64,000 nt of DNA. Source: Selaginella moellendorffii. Lineage: Eukaryota; Plantae; Lycopodiophyta. Below are positions 25,925 through 38,662 of the stretch, one piece after another. The notes beneath the pieces were generated by a model, which was given only the letters and a program-made list of their open reading frames with translations, was not told the origin of the DNA and ran no database searches. A program made the position numbers and the translations under genes. Location: NCBI RefSeq assembly GCF_000143415.4, contig NW_003314266.1, positions 1,758,463 to 1,822,462 of the forward strand. Direction: 5' to 3'. Within the stretch, counting starts at the first letter, position 1. Every line of letters begins with the position of its first letter.

Positions 25925-28900
25925 TTGAGTGCATAGAATACAAAAATGCAATATAAAAATGTGTTTATTAAATTACCCCAAAAACCTTAGCTTATATATA
26001 TGGTCTGGATTGAAACCAATTCAATAGGAATCAAAATCCACTACACTAATATTAATATATAACATCATAACCCTACACTTGGACCTCATATCATCTTTTA
26101 CTCTCAAAAGGATGGAAGGCAATTAAAGTTTTGTAGCAGGATTTGGAAGAACATTAAAAAGAGGCATTAGTGAATTTGTAGGTGGTGTAATTTTTTTCTG
26201 ATCCATTTGTAACTATTGCACATACACAATTTTGAAGGATCAATTTATTGAATATTGTACTGAAACTTATGAACTTGTGGTCTAATTTGTTGTAAAATTT
26301 AATATCCATTCCATTAAGCAAGAAGCTCTTTAGACATACTATATATTGTAAAATTGGGAAAATACACCAACACTAGATTATCCATTATGTACTTTATATA
26401 TAAATAATGATAAGAGTTGTTTTTTTAAAATTAATAGCTCTTGGCAATTGCAAAGATAAACTCAACTTCATTAGCAATTTTAATATGGTGAAGCACCAAT
26501 AGTTCTCTGTACTTGATATATACATACTAGACATATAGAAAATGACTATCACAATTTGAATATTAAAAATTCACAATTATCCTTTTAAAGGTCCAAAAAA
26601 AGTATTCCACCAAACTATCTATTTGTGGATAATAAACACTCGTGAAAGTGTAGTATATCCCTAGTTGAGATTTCAAGATATGAAATGCCTTACTGATAAA
26701 TGCAAAACTATTATCTAATACAATCAACTCTAAACAAGAATGCTAAAACACTATTTGATTAAAGAAAAAGTATCTAATAGTCATAAAGGCACTAGCAAGA
26801 GCACCAACTTTCACTTAAAAAATTAAATAGTAATAACATTATACTCATTGCCAATAGTTAATTATGGAAAGGCCCTATCAAATCAAATGCCACTAGTTTA
26901 AACTAACGAGAAATTACAATTAATTTTAACCCTCCTTTCGCAACAAAAGAGGGAGTATTATGAATTTGGCATCAAATGTAATTATGCACATATTGGATAA
27001 TATTACATCTCCAATCAACTTTTGTAACTTCTTAGTCATATTACAATGTTCTATATACCCACATAGATTAGAAGAGTCATGGCAATTATGAAGAAAGTGT
27101 GGAATAAAGATTGAAGGCAACCAACCACAAATTGTCATTAACATTAATTCTCACAAAATAAAGAAGGTTATCCTTAAAATGATATTAAGAATGTAAATGC
27201 TAAAATGGCAAGTCATCAACAAATGATGCCAAAAACCTTTAGTAGATCCAAGACTCAACTTGTGATCTTTACAAACCTTATTAAAAGAAGGTTAATCTAA
27301 CTCTATATCTTAAGGGTATTGAATGACATGGAATCATTATCCAAAAAAATTATTAATGTTGGAATAATAAGTTTGTCAGGAAAATGAGGAAAGAACAAAG
27401 AAGGGAAATGTGTTTGAGAAAGGGTGTCAACATCAACCATAAAACTCTTCAAGCAATGAATAACTTTGAAATCATATATTTAAAATTTCAAAACCTATTG
27501 AGCAGTATGACTAATCACATTTTTCTGCTTTAATAATAAAGTGACTATAATATGATCACCCTTTAGTAACATTTAAGAACCATGAAAGTATGCATGAAGC
27601 TTTTTAAAATCCTAAATTGTTGCTAAACACTCCTCTGTCATCACTCTTTTGCATCAACATACCTCTGAAACCAATATCAAAAGCATTCACATATAAGATA
27701 AAAGATCAAGTGTAATTAGGATATGCCAAAACTAAAGGAGTTGTTAACACCTTTTTAAGATCCACAAATGTCCATTTATAATCTTCAGACTAAATGAAAG
27801 ATGGACATTGATGACTTTAGCAACATTTATAATGGTGTAGTATGATTAGAAAAATGATCAACAAAATTATCAAAATATTACACCTTACTAAGAAAGCATT
27901 GCACATGATTTATATACTTTAGAGTAAAGATCTTTAGAACAATGATAAATTTGTCAGTGGAACAAAAATGAAAGGAATAAAAAAGATATGAGGGAATATG
28001 AAACAAAAAGGGAGAAACTTCAAAATTATATTTGGCATGATTGTATTGCACAAAAATGATGTCAAAAGCTTAACTTGGCACCATTTATAATGATTGTAGC
28101 TCAAATTTATGATCACCCACATGCATAACTAAATCTACCTCATCCCACACACACATATGTGTGTGCCCATTGTCATAGATAATAAAGATTGGCTCTACCG
28201 TATGATACAAATATAGATAACAATATAAAGCGTTATAGATGAAAATAAACTTTAACCTATATCAACTAACACAGAGAAGATAACAAAGGGACCTTTTGTT
28301 ATAAAACTAAATTTAAAAAGTGAACATTGGTTAAATTAATACCAAGTGAATCTTTATTGTTGAAAGAAGCATAAAAGGGTCACTGAATTATTCACACAAC
28401 ACCAATATGATATTTTAATGTTAAGGCTTCCACCTAGGAAATGAAGGATGCCAAGTTAGGAAAAGCCAACAACACTAATATGTGTGGTTAATCTTATCAT
28501 GTGCCTAATAATGAACCTTATAGCCATGATCACATTCTTGTCTTTGTTGAAAAGAAACATTAAAAGTGACTGGTGTAAGTGCATACACAAGTCCCAAGAT
28601 TTGCACGTGCTTCAACTCCCACTTGAACATAAGCAACAACAATGTCAACCTCCATTGAAACAAAATTGGAAGGTGGAGTTACAACACATGCAAATCTTCA
28701 CAAGTGAGAGAAATGATATTATAGTATTATGTTAGTTGAAAAGTATTGTCAAGGGCCCTATATGAACTTGATAAAGTGCTAGTTATAATATACCCAACTT
28801 GATCTATTTTAACATATTGAGCTCTACACGAAGCAAAAGACTCCCAAAATAAACAACAAATTGCATAAATAACTCAGATAGCTCTTGATAGAGATAATGC

Positions 28901-31142
28901 AATTGTTATAAGATCATCACAATCATTAGCATATCAAAATGCATGCTTGAAGATGTCCAGAAAAAAACTCCAATCTACACAAGTGGTTGGACTTAAATTA
29001 TTATATTATTGTAATACCATCCTTTAGAGATTTGTGTAAATGCTGCTAAGGGGGGTTGCTCTCCAACCGATTAGAATTTCTTAAAGTGTACAACATGAGT
29101 TTTTAAATTTCCAATCTAATTTTTTTTTTCTTATAGTATATGTATAGTATGGGTTATCTCCAAAACTTTTTTTAAGGTGGAAATCCATATATATTCACTA
29201 TAATCAAGTACAAAAATATAAGGCCTAACCATTCAAAAACCATACTCTATAACCACTTGAGTTTTAGGGCAACTAGGAACCAATAACAAGAGGCTTAGTT
29301 TCGGCCACAATGGATTAATATTGGAGTTGGTTGTCACCTCTCTCATCTATGAAGTTACTGTAAGTGAAGTATGCAAAATTAGTTAAGAATTAATGAGTAG
29401 AGGTAATTACTTATAAGGAAGCTCTCCAAGCTCGTAGTGCTAAGGGAGAGTTTCCTCCCTGGGCTCAAGATCTAACTCAAGGTTTTGCTGAAGAGACTAG
29501 ATGAAGATGTTATTTGTTCTATATTTTTGCACAGCTACTTTTAATCCTTGTTTGAAAAGGCTCTTTGAAACTTTCCTTGCAACAAGTCCCACTTGGTTAT
29601 CCATTTTCCTTTTTCTCCCTCTCTAATTTTTATACTTCCTTTTGTTGTTATTACTTATTCTGCCTTAAGTTGCCTCAATATTGCCTTCTCCCATCAGTTC
29701 TTCTCATCAACTAATCTCTTTGTTTCTTTTGCATAAGCTTTTTCATTTGTTATAGCCTCTCATTTAGCTTTTCTTCTTGCCTCTTCTTCTACCTTGTCTC
29801 TTTTTTGGCTTTTTCCTTGGTCTCAATATGAGCAATGTATTTTAGATTAGTGAGTGAAGTTCTATAGGGAATAGAGACGAACCTCTACTTCTCTCCTGCT
29901 TGTGGTTGTCGTTTGTGAGTTCAGCTATAAATTCTTCTATTGTTGGCTCGTGAGCTTCTTCCATTATATAGTTTACATCTACAACAACTATAACACTTAG
30001 CAACGGCTCCAAATCATCATCACCATTGTCATCCACACTTATATCAAATGTAAATCTCTTCATCTTTATCTTTTTAAAGTTTCTTACTTGTGCCTTATAA
30101 AGCTATAGCCATGTGAAATTCAGCATCCATAGTTGAACAATCAAGAAGATAGAGTCTAGTTTTTTTAAAACCAGCAATGATGTTTGCAAGAGTTAGAGCC
30201 TTGTCAAGTGCTCTTCTTGCCATTCCTGCTAAGATTTTTACTAGAGTGCATCCATGAAATCCTGTCTCCATGTACTTAGCATGGATGGCTTTGAACACTA
30301 CTTTAAAAGGTCTGAAGTAGCACATTAAGAGGTTGCATATGATGTGAAGTATGAGGTGGCATTATGACAATGCCAATTCCTAATTCGAATGCCTTTTTCA
30401 CAACAGCCTTATTGCTTTGAAAGCCATGACCATCCATCACAATGCAAGCTCAATTTGTTGGAGAGATGCCTCTTGGGATGACTCTTGCAAAATGTTCAAG
30501 GAAGTAAGTAAGCCCATTGTTGCTCATCCATGCATTAGATTGTACTTGCATGGATGCTCTAGGCTTGCACAATTCCAACCAGTCTGCTCAATTATGCCTT
30601 TAGAATATGTAGTGATTTGGAAGGTTCTAGCCATCTATAGCAATAGCATAAATGATTGTCATCCTTTGACGTTCATTTGGAACAACATTAAAAATTATGT
30701 GCACTTGCTTGTTAGATACCATATGACAGCCTTGATCAAGTGTAAAATAGAGATTTTATTTAGTGTGGTTTTGGTCTGTCTTTGTTTCTTGTATGCTTGG
30801 ATGTAAATCTTTGTAGAGTTTTGTTAAGTACACCAAGAAATATTTAAGGACTTCCAACTCATTCAACTAAGGTTTGAAGTGATCTAGATTCTAGAGTTAT
30901 AAAAACAATTGAATGTGACTAGTAAAATTAGTTGCTACATCAATTGGTTGGATGCTTGATTAGATAGAACATCAGATCAGTTAGAGATAATACAAAAAGT
31001 AAATTTAAACAAAAAAACCACTTCTAGAACAATTCAAGATGCCCCTTAACTCCACTAATGTAAGTGCACTGGAATATAAAATAGAATTCATAAATATGCA
31101 CTACACTAATATTAATATATAGCATTGTATCTGGTCCTCACA
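25925..31142 (-). mobile_element. Heavily decayed Ty3/Gypsy element, same family as element A
   Basis: 25925-28400 is collinear with 41532-46320 (LTR, PPT, integrase, RNase H, protease); LTR and PBS remnant at 31040-31142; strong C>T/G>A decay. Confidence 0.75.
29550..30830 (-). mobile_element. pogo/Tc1-mariner DDE_1 transposase remnant nested in the decayed Gypsy
   Basis: DGHG...IVIMPPHTSHHMQPL..CYFRPFK...ALTLANIIAGFKKTRLYLLD matches the DDE_1 (PPHTSH.LQPLD) signature; multiple frameshifts. Confidence 0.75.
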
Positions 31143-31256
31143 AACTAACAGTGATAATTTTTATTAACAAATTATTATACGTTAATACTTTTGAAATTAA
31201 CGGCTGCTTTATTTATTTAAGGTTTTATAAGGCGGGAAAATTCAACGAGGTAGGGC

Positions 31257-32750
31257 ATGGCATCTCTGTCTTCTCACATTCTAGTCCTTCCCTATCCTGC
31301 CCAGGGGCACATCCCTCCTCTCATCGGCTTCTCTGTGGCACTGGCGGATCGCGGCGCGCTCGTGACGCTGGTGAATATTGCGAGCATCGATTCCAGGATC
31401 CGGGAGCGTTGGACATGGCCAAGGGAGCTGGAGGGCAGCATCCGGTTCGAGAGCTTAGATTTCCCCTACGAAATTCCTCAAGGGTACGATGCGTCCTGCC
31501 ATGTAGATCAGGGAAATTTCGTCCAGGCCCTTCGCGGCGCGCAGGTCCCATTCGAAGATCTGTTGAGAGAGATGCTTAATCGCGGCGAGCGAGTTTCGTG
31601 CATCGTCGCAGATTATCTCTGGGGATGGCATGTCGAGTCTGCCAAGAAATTTGGGGTTTCTTGTGCGTCCTACTGGCCTGGGAGCGCGACTTGGATCAAT
31701 GTCCACTACCATTTGCCCCTTCTTATATCAGCCGGTGAGGCACCGATTAAAGGTAAGATCTGTTTAAACTCTTCTCTCGTGACCATTTACGTAGATGGCG
31801 ACGAAAGAACGATTTCCTACGTTCCGGGGCTCTCTCCAACGAAGCTCAAGGATTTCCCATACTACGCAAGGATGGAATTCAAGGGAACGCTCGAGTATTT
31901 GATGCAAGAGCAAGAAAAAACTCTCAGGAACTTCGATGACAACTCGTGCTTACTGATAAACTCGGCCGAAGAGTTGGAACCAGATGCATTCCAGTCCTTG
32001 AGAAAAGTTTTTGGAGAGAAGTGCACAGGGGTCGGGCCACTTTTTAATCTAGATCCAGCGAGAACAAGGCTTTGTCACAGCTTGCGAGAAGAAGACGGTG
32101 GCTGCATAGCTTGGCTGGACACTCAAGCTCCAAAGTCGGTGCTTTACATCTCCTTTGGCAGCGTTGTTGCGCTACCCGACTTGGACCTCCAGGAACTCTC
32201 AAAGGCAGTGTTAGAAATGGAGAGGCCTTTCCTTTGGGTGCTTCCGCCAGAGCAGAAGAACGAAAGCACCAAAGAGATCACCGAGGCAGCAAGAGCTTCC
32301 TCCTTCACAAGAGGCCGGATAGTATCCTGGGCACCGCAGCTCCAAGTTTTGTCACACGCATCGGTGGGAGGATTTCTCAGCCACTGCGGCTGGAACTCAG
32401 TGCTCGAGGCCGTGACAAACGGAGTGCCTGTGCTGGGGTGGCCATGCGCGATCGAGCAGAACCTCAACTGCAAGGTGCTTGTTCACGACTGGAAGGCTGG
32501 CCTGAAGATCGACAAGGCCGAGAAGGACGGGATCAAGGCCGCGATCGAGAATCTGATGGGAGGAAGCTGGCTTGATCGTGCACAGGAACTTCGTGAGGTT
32601 GTTCTAAAGAGCGTGAAAGCTCGTGGGCTTCTAAGCGATCCGGTAAAGTATACTCCATTTTTATCCTTGTGGATGATAACCCGTAGTCTTGCAGGTGTTG
32701 GAAATCTCTCGCTCAAAACGATAAAGGTATGTCTTCTCTTTGGGCCATAA
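31257..32750 (+). CDS. UDP-glycosyltransferase (GT1); probable short introns near 31753-31795 and 32643, so the 3' end is uncertain
   Basis: HILVLPYPAQGHI N-terminus; PSPG box WAPQLQVLSHASVGGFLSHCGWNSVLEAVTNGVPVLGWPCAIEQ. Confidence 0.92.
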   Translation: MASLSSHILVLPYPAQGHIPPLIGFSVALADRGALVTLVNIASIDSRIRERWTWPRELEGSIRFESLDFPYEIPQGYDASCHVDQGNFVQALRGAQVPFEDLLREMLNRGERVSCIVADYLWGWHVESAKKFGVSCASYWPGSATWINVHYHLPLLISAGEAPIKGKICLNSSLVTIYVDGDERTISYVPGLSPTKLKDFPYYARMEFKGTLEYLMQEQEKTLRNFDDNSCLLINSAEELEPDAFQSLRKVFGEKCTGVGPLFNLDPARTRLCHSLREEDGGCIAWLDTQAPKSVLYISFGSVVALPDLDLQELSKAVLEMERPFLWVLPPEQKNESTKEITEAARASSFTRGRIVSWAPQLQVLSHASVGGFLSHCGWNSVLEAVTNGVPVLGWPCAIEQNLNCKVLVHDWKAGLKIDKAEKDGIKAAIENLMGGSWLDRAQELREVVLKSVKARGLLSDPVKYTPFLSLWMITRSLAGVGNLSLKTIKVCLLFGP

Positions 32751-33289
32751 AGTTTCTTTGAGCTTGCCGATTTGCTTTAGTCCATTTTTTGCCTTGCCAT
32801 CCATAGTAGTTTGAGCAATGCATAGTGCGACGTGCAATACTTTCTATTTGTCCCTCACTCGGTCGGTCATGTCCAGCCTCTCATGTTTTAATTATATCAG
32901 ACCTTGATTTTTCAAGTCTATATTAACTTACAAAACTACAAAGTGGAGCATTACCGACTTTGTGTGACACATGGCATTCTACGTCGGGACGACATCCTGT
33001 GTGTGAAGCCCGAACGCTTGGAGTTGTGTGGCCCCTTTAAGTTCGCGCAATATCCAGTCGAGGGTGGTGTTGGGCTGATCGAGTCCACAACTTGCGTAGC
33101 AGAGCTCGTGAGCCCAACTTCGCATCTACGTCCCGGGCAAGAGGAGCAGTTGAAAGAAGGATCTCCCAGGCGGACAACATCCTGGCGTGCTTGACTTTGC
33201 GGAGAACTGCCAGCAGTCGTCGTGACTTACATCCCCAACTTGGTGCTCTGGCTCCGACAGTCGCTTGGGGAGAGCGGGTTATCAAAGCA

Positions 33290-33482
33290 TAGTTCTACGG
33301 GAGAGTGCCATATGCTGGCTTGTACTGGCTGCTGTGCAACGAGGATCCGAAATGCTGCAAGCACCGCGCCCGCTACAAAAAAATGTAGATCTTGGCGAGA
33401 GCAGCGGCGCCGCTGTGGAGAGTAGTGATGGAGCGATAGAGCAAGACATTTTCCAGGCATGTCGATCCAGACAAGGTCGCTT
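33290..33482 (-). pseudogene. Remnant of the 5' end of a third CRINKLY4-like gene
   Basis: 33350-33480 aligns with 23138-23302 (TCTTGGCGAGAGCAGCGGCGCCG...GGAGCGATAGAGCAAG...GGCATGTCGATCCAGACAAG). Confidence 0.75.
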
Positions 33483-33516
33483 CCAAGAGAAATTTATTTT
33501 GTTTTAACAAAGTAAC

Positions 33517-33587
33517 GCACTGCTGGTCTAGCGGTAGAATAGTTCCCTGCCACGGAACAGACCCGGGTTCGATTCCCGGGCAGTGCA
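33517..33587 (+). tRNA. tRNA-Gly(GCC)
   Basis: Full cloverleaf: acceptor GCACTGC/GCAGTGC, anticodon stem GTTCC/GGAAC, GGTTCGATTCC T-arm, upstream CAA and downstream TTTT. Confidence 0.93.
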
Positions 33588-34373
33588 AGGTTTTACCATG
33601 TGCATTGGGGAGGAATGGGTACAAACCGGCCTATCATGAAGATTCTTTTAAAGCATTCAACTTGTCAAGGGGTAGATAGTAGCGTTGGGACACGTGGTCC
33701 CAATATCAGTTAAAAACTAAAATATCAGCTGGTATGATTTTCTTTTGCCCAGACCTCTGATTCTGCGCCTTTGGGCTCCCGCTTACGTGTCGCGCTCTCC
33801 TCTAACCACGTCACATACCGACGTGTTTTATTAGGGCACAGATGGCATGTTAAAACACTCGCGAACTTCGAGTCCGTGCGCGATCTTCAGAAACTTTCCA
33901 GTTCTCTAGCAGTGGTTTCTGCCCGTCCAATGACCTAACGATCAATTTGCTATTGTGTTACACCGTCAATGAAGAAAAACTGTGTTTGCTGATCACAACA
34001 TCAATCTGGAAGAAAAAAAAAGAGAAAGACCGTTAGAAACCGTCTTAAAACCGTCTTAAAACCAGTGAAGGAACAAACCGCTAACAGTGTTGTTGTCAGC
34101 TGAAGTGGTCGCTTCTCGCACCGAAGTGCTAGCAGTAGTGTTGTCAGCTGAAATGGCATGGCCGGTTATCCCGCCAGTGTTTATAATATCTATAACGATC
34201 GTCCTGCAAGTCTGCTTAATCTGGAGGAAGAAAGAAGAAGAAAAACGTTGGTTAGAAGCGTGCGTAAAGTTGTTAAAGCGTAAACTTGTTACCTCGTAAG
34301 CAAACTGAAATGGTGATTGCGTTCTTCTGGTTGTGTTGTCTAGCTAGCACAGCTTTAAGAAGAACTTTAGAAT

Positions 34374-34631
34374 GACTCCTACAAGATCTACATCTACAAG
34401 CAAGTTCACCAGAACATAAGCATCTCGATCAAAGCCATGAACATCATGAACAGCTTGGTCCATGATATGTTCGGGCGGCTGTCCACCGAGGCCGGGTAGA
34501 GACAGTAACAAGGCCACCATCCAGAGCTGCGAAATCCAAGACGAGGTCCAACCCTTGGTGAGGCTTATCTTCCCTGGCGAGCTAGCAAAGCACGCAATCT
34601 CCGAGGGAACTAAGAGTATGTTAGCTCCTGA
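34374..34631 (+). pseudogene. Histone H2B pseudogene (copy of 38973-39359)
   Basis: [45 protein letters not shown] with deletions and frameshifts; N-tail missing. Confidence 0.88.
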
Positions 34632-34665
34632 CCGGGTTGTGGATGGACAAAATGGTAATTACCTC

Positions 34666-36248
34666 TCAGAGTAGACAAAATTTGGTGAATAGTATTGCAG
34701 CGAGTGGGAGCAAAAGCCGAGGATCGCGAGCGGACAATGCTTTTCCAGGCATTAAGCTGTAAAGATCCTGTTAAGAAACCACAAATCCTATGATAACAAC
34801 GTACCTTCCTTTGTAGATACACGAGCCGTAGGCTGCCAGCCATTTGCGTCAAGTTAGAAAACACAAAACTTTCTCGATAAACTTAACTCGGATCGGCAAT
34901 CGTGACGGCTGCTGCTCCTGAGAAGTCGCAAGCACTGGGATCCATCCCGTTGCTCTGGAAGTAGCTGTTAAACGCATACGATGCGTGTGAAGCAACCGTG
35001 TCGGGAAGATAGCAGGACTGGCCCGGTTGAATAGCCTGGCAATCGGCATGGCCTGGTCCGCAGGCCCAGTCCAGCGCAATCTGTAAGTCTGTGAAGCTGG
35101 CATTCGGATTTGCGACGCAAAAGCTCCGGTTCCGCTGAACCACAATACTGTTACCAAAATCAATGTTGTACACTTTGGTCCCATCCGGCTTGAAAAGACC
35201 CCAGTTCCTGTTGGAAGTCGGGCCCTCCCTCAAGTCCTCGTTGAAAAGCTCGAAAATGTAAGTATCCGTTGTGATCCCCGGCCGGAATGGAGTGCCACTC
35301 CCATTGCTCAAGTGCTTGATGAGATTCCCATTGTAGGAAGCAGCATTGTCGAGGTTGACGACGTTCACCTCGTCCGCATTACCCATGGACGGCCACCCGG
35401 TCTCGCTCACAACTATAAGGATCTCCCGGTGGTTGTACGCGGCCATTGCGTAGTAGAGCGCGTCGAGCTGAGCGTCGAAGAGGTTCCAGTAGTGGAGGCC
35501 CGAGTTGGAGTCCGTGAAGCCTTGGTTTGGCCGGAAGAGTGCAAAGTCGGAGGAGATGTATCTCATGTCGTTCCGGTACGCGTAGTAAGGATAGACGTTG
35601 GCCATCAAGTATGATCCAGTCCGGCTGAGAAACTCGAGCAACGATTGCATCACCGCCGAGAACCTGGGATCGAAAGTGGCCGACGATGGCGGAAACGACG
35701 TCCCAAGAACACCCATGGAGAGTGGCGTCGAGACTTTCACCTGTTTGTCTATCCCGGCTTGCTGGAGAGCCGAGTAGATGTTGGTCATGGCTGCAACCAG
35801 ATAGCCAGCGGCATTTGGAGCGCTCGTGATCACCTCCGAGCCAACGGCAATGGCAACGATCTTGGTGGCCGGAAGAGCTGCCGCTACGTTTCGTGTCACC
35901 CAGTCGGCAGCGTCGCCCTGGGACTGCCCGAAATCCACAACCTGTGCGTTTGTGGTGCCGATGACGAGCTCGATCTGTGTGTTTGCGAATGCCTGGAGAG
36001 TCTCGGCATCGTAGGAGAAGATCCTGACCTTGGTGATCGATTGCGCCTGGATGAGCTGCACGGCCACTTGTGGAGGAGGAAGATTATCCCCATTTCTTCC
36101 ATAGCACACTCCGACAGAGCTGGCGCCTAGCAAGAAAAACGAAAGAAATAAATGAGAGCGAGCGTCGATCGATCTTACCACAGACTGTCGCGACGATCCA
36201 ACAAGCGGCAACAAGACATCCGGCAATGCGGTATGAGCGCCGGAACAT
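34666..36248 (-). CDS. GH17 beta-1,3-glucanase with X8/CBM43 domain and probable GPI anchor (start codon tentative)
   Basis: Signal exon [23 protein letters not shown]; [32 protein letters not shown]; X8 [16 protein letters not shown]...DPS/YGSCIY; last exon 34756-34666 ends [16 protein letters not shown]. Confidence 0.9.
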
Positions 36249-37285
36249 CGGATCGCGAAATCTCACCCCCGGCAGCACGAAATCTCTCTGCCGATGCCGC
36301 TGGATCGCGCGGAGCTCCTAGCGAATGCGCCGACGATCTTCTTCTTGTCCCTAGCGCCGTGAATCAGCATGACGATGACGCACCCGCCGCAAGAATCCGG
36401 GAAAACGCCAAGCGCGCTCCAGCTGCGGCCTACAATCCCTGCCGCGATGATGCGCTGCCCCAGAAATCTCATCCAGGTAGAAGAAAGAAACAAGGAGGAG
36501 CAACCGCATTGAAGATCAAGACCTAGGCCGGGGAAGATCGGCGCAAGGGAAGAAGAAGAAGAAGAAGCGTCGCGGGCGCCGCGATGATCGCCAAGAGGAG
36601 AGAATAGGGAAGAAGAGAAAGAAAGACCCGAGAGACCGCGTCCTCCTCCTCTTCCTCCATGGCCATTGGATTTTTTCTTCGCCTCGTTTCCTTCTTCGCC
36701 GTGCGTTTCCCCACGCAGCCTGACTGACGGACTGACGGTCAAACCGGTCAAGGGCATCGCCTCGTCTTTCCGGAATGGAAAAGCCTACGCGATTACAGAT
36801 TTTTTACAAGGTGGAGCTCGCCGCACGGTATACGAGTACCGCGGCGGTGCACTGCGCGGTACGGTTGCTGGTCGCCTAAGTCAGATGAATATGGACTCGA
36901 GAAAGCAAGGTCTGATCTTACAATATCTATAGACCATGACAAGGAGAGAGCACAAGTGCTCGCATGGATAGATCCAGAAAAGATGGACAAAACCGACCGA
37001 ATGAGGGACAAAAAAACGTCCCGCTATAGAATGCTAAACTGAGATTATGGCTGGCAAGCGGCAAACTCAAAAGAAATTAGATTTATGGCCCAAAGAGAAG
37101 AGATCGATCCATACCTCGACAAAATGCTGGTTATGGATCACACCTTGAGACCTACTGGAACATTTTGTTATACTTGTGAACATTTTTCTTAGTGGCAGCT
37201 GGAGCCGATTTCGTCAATTGGTGACACAATCAGGGAAAGCAATGCGGAAGCATTAATTTCGATTTGGCATTTTAAATTAATTGTT

Positions 37286-37359
37286 CGCTAGAGGGAGGGG
37301 TCGAACCTCCGACCTTGCGGTTAACAGCCGCACGCTCTGACCATCTGAGCTACTCCAGC
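37286..37359 (-). tRNA. tRNA-Asn(GTT)
   Basis: GCTGGAGTAGCTCAGATGGTCAGAGCGTGCGGCTGTTAACCGCAAGGTCGGAGGTTCGACCCCTCCCTCTAGCG; intact cloverleaf. Confidence 0.95.
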
Positions 37360-37634
37360 TTTACATTACTTAAGTGTAATTTTCAGCTAATAATTTCTTA
37401 TTCACTTTAATCCTCAGATCAAAGAAGATCTTCAGAATATCCTCAGAATATTCCTGTAGTCCATTGCGTTGGATCACCACATCACTCTCGATCACACCCT
37501 GTGTCAATCCACAATGCCGCCCCACAAACCATTCCCCGGTGCCAGTGATTCGACTCCCAATGGAGAGCACTCGAGCGACGAGACTGAGAAAAACTTTAGG
37601 GTTCTCAACATTAGGGCTCTTGGGATTGGAGGGA

Positions 37635-38104
37635 ATGGGAGAGGGCGATGGCGATCTGGAGGCCCTGGAGGAGGAGGTGAGAGAGATGGACGCGCGCGTC
37701 AAGAGAATGCGCAGCCAAGGCCCCGCCAGGTTTAAATCTTTGCTCCAGGACCATCTTGTCAAGCTCCGGCCCCCTCCAACGCTAGAGCCGCCGCTACACA
37801 CGCCATATCTCGATGGAGTAAATGGTTAGTACATAGCTAGCTTCTCATTCCTCCTGATTGAGTGAGAGAAGAATGTCTGGAAATTCGCAGGTGATTTGTC
37901 TGCGATCCAGACCAGACGGTTGGAGGTTCTCAATTCGCTTCCCGGATTGCTGGAGCGCATCAACAAATGCACGGATGATCTCTCCGCCACTCTCGCCAAG
38001 CTCAAGCACAAGCGATCTTACGACCTGGTTTTCGAGCTCCCGCATCCAACACTACCCGAGGAGGATGGCGATGGCAGCCTCGCCAGTCGATTCTTTCCAA
38101 CTTA
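37635..38104 (+). CDS. Small two-exon coiled-coil protein, possibly plant kinetochore NSL1-like
   Basis: LEALEEEVREMDARVKRMRSQGPARFKSLLQDHLVKLRP / NSLPGLLERINKC resembles, from memory, the EALE.D...MA.KI..YR..LP..LK..L...L...RP / MP.VL.RM.EC pattern of plant NSL1-like proteins; GT-AG intron ~37825-37890. Confidence 0.5.
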
Positions 38105-38593
38105 GCCGCCGTCTCTCTCTCCTGTACAAACAAGGAAGAACAGCACAGCGAATTCATCAACAGGGACAGTAAAAGAACCAACAAACACAAGAAAATTACT
38201 ATACTACCACCTCGTCGGCATTAATTTGCTTGTATCCTTCTGACTTGTAAGTGTTCTCTCGTTTGTAACATTCGGTTTCTGTCCGTCCATTGAATGTTTA
38301 TCAATCAGCCACTGTGTTTGCTGATCACAACTTCAATCTACCTCTCAAGGTCCGGGATTGATCCAGCTTCTACTCGAAGATTTTCAGCTTCCCAGCCTGC
38401 AAATTTACGGCTCTTGGATCACAAGACTTAAGTGAAAAGAAGAAGTGCCCTTTCCAAGCGAGCGAGCAATTGGTACCAGCAAAAACTCCGCTTCAAGAAC
38501 AGCATCTCAGTCACAAGTTCCCAAAGAAAATGCCTGGCCAAGATGTCTGCTTGTCTTTCTGCTCAAGTCGAAATTACAATTAACTATTGTAAA

Positions 38594-38662
38594 GCTTGAG
38601 TAGCTCAGACGGTCAGAGCGTTGTTAACCGCAAGGTCGGAGGTTCGACCCCTCCCTCAAGCG
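38594..38662 (+). pseudogene. tRNA-Asn(GTT) pseudogene
   Basis: Copy of the 37286 tRNA lacking GCGGC from the 5' side of the anticodon arm; A and B boxes intact. Confidence 0.85.

Noticed and set aside
36263-36757. ORFs upstream of the GH17 gene as a separate gene or extra coding exon
   Set aside because: CT/GA-rich leader-like sequence; a signal-peptide exon already starts at 36248; cannot be resolved without RNA data
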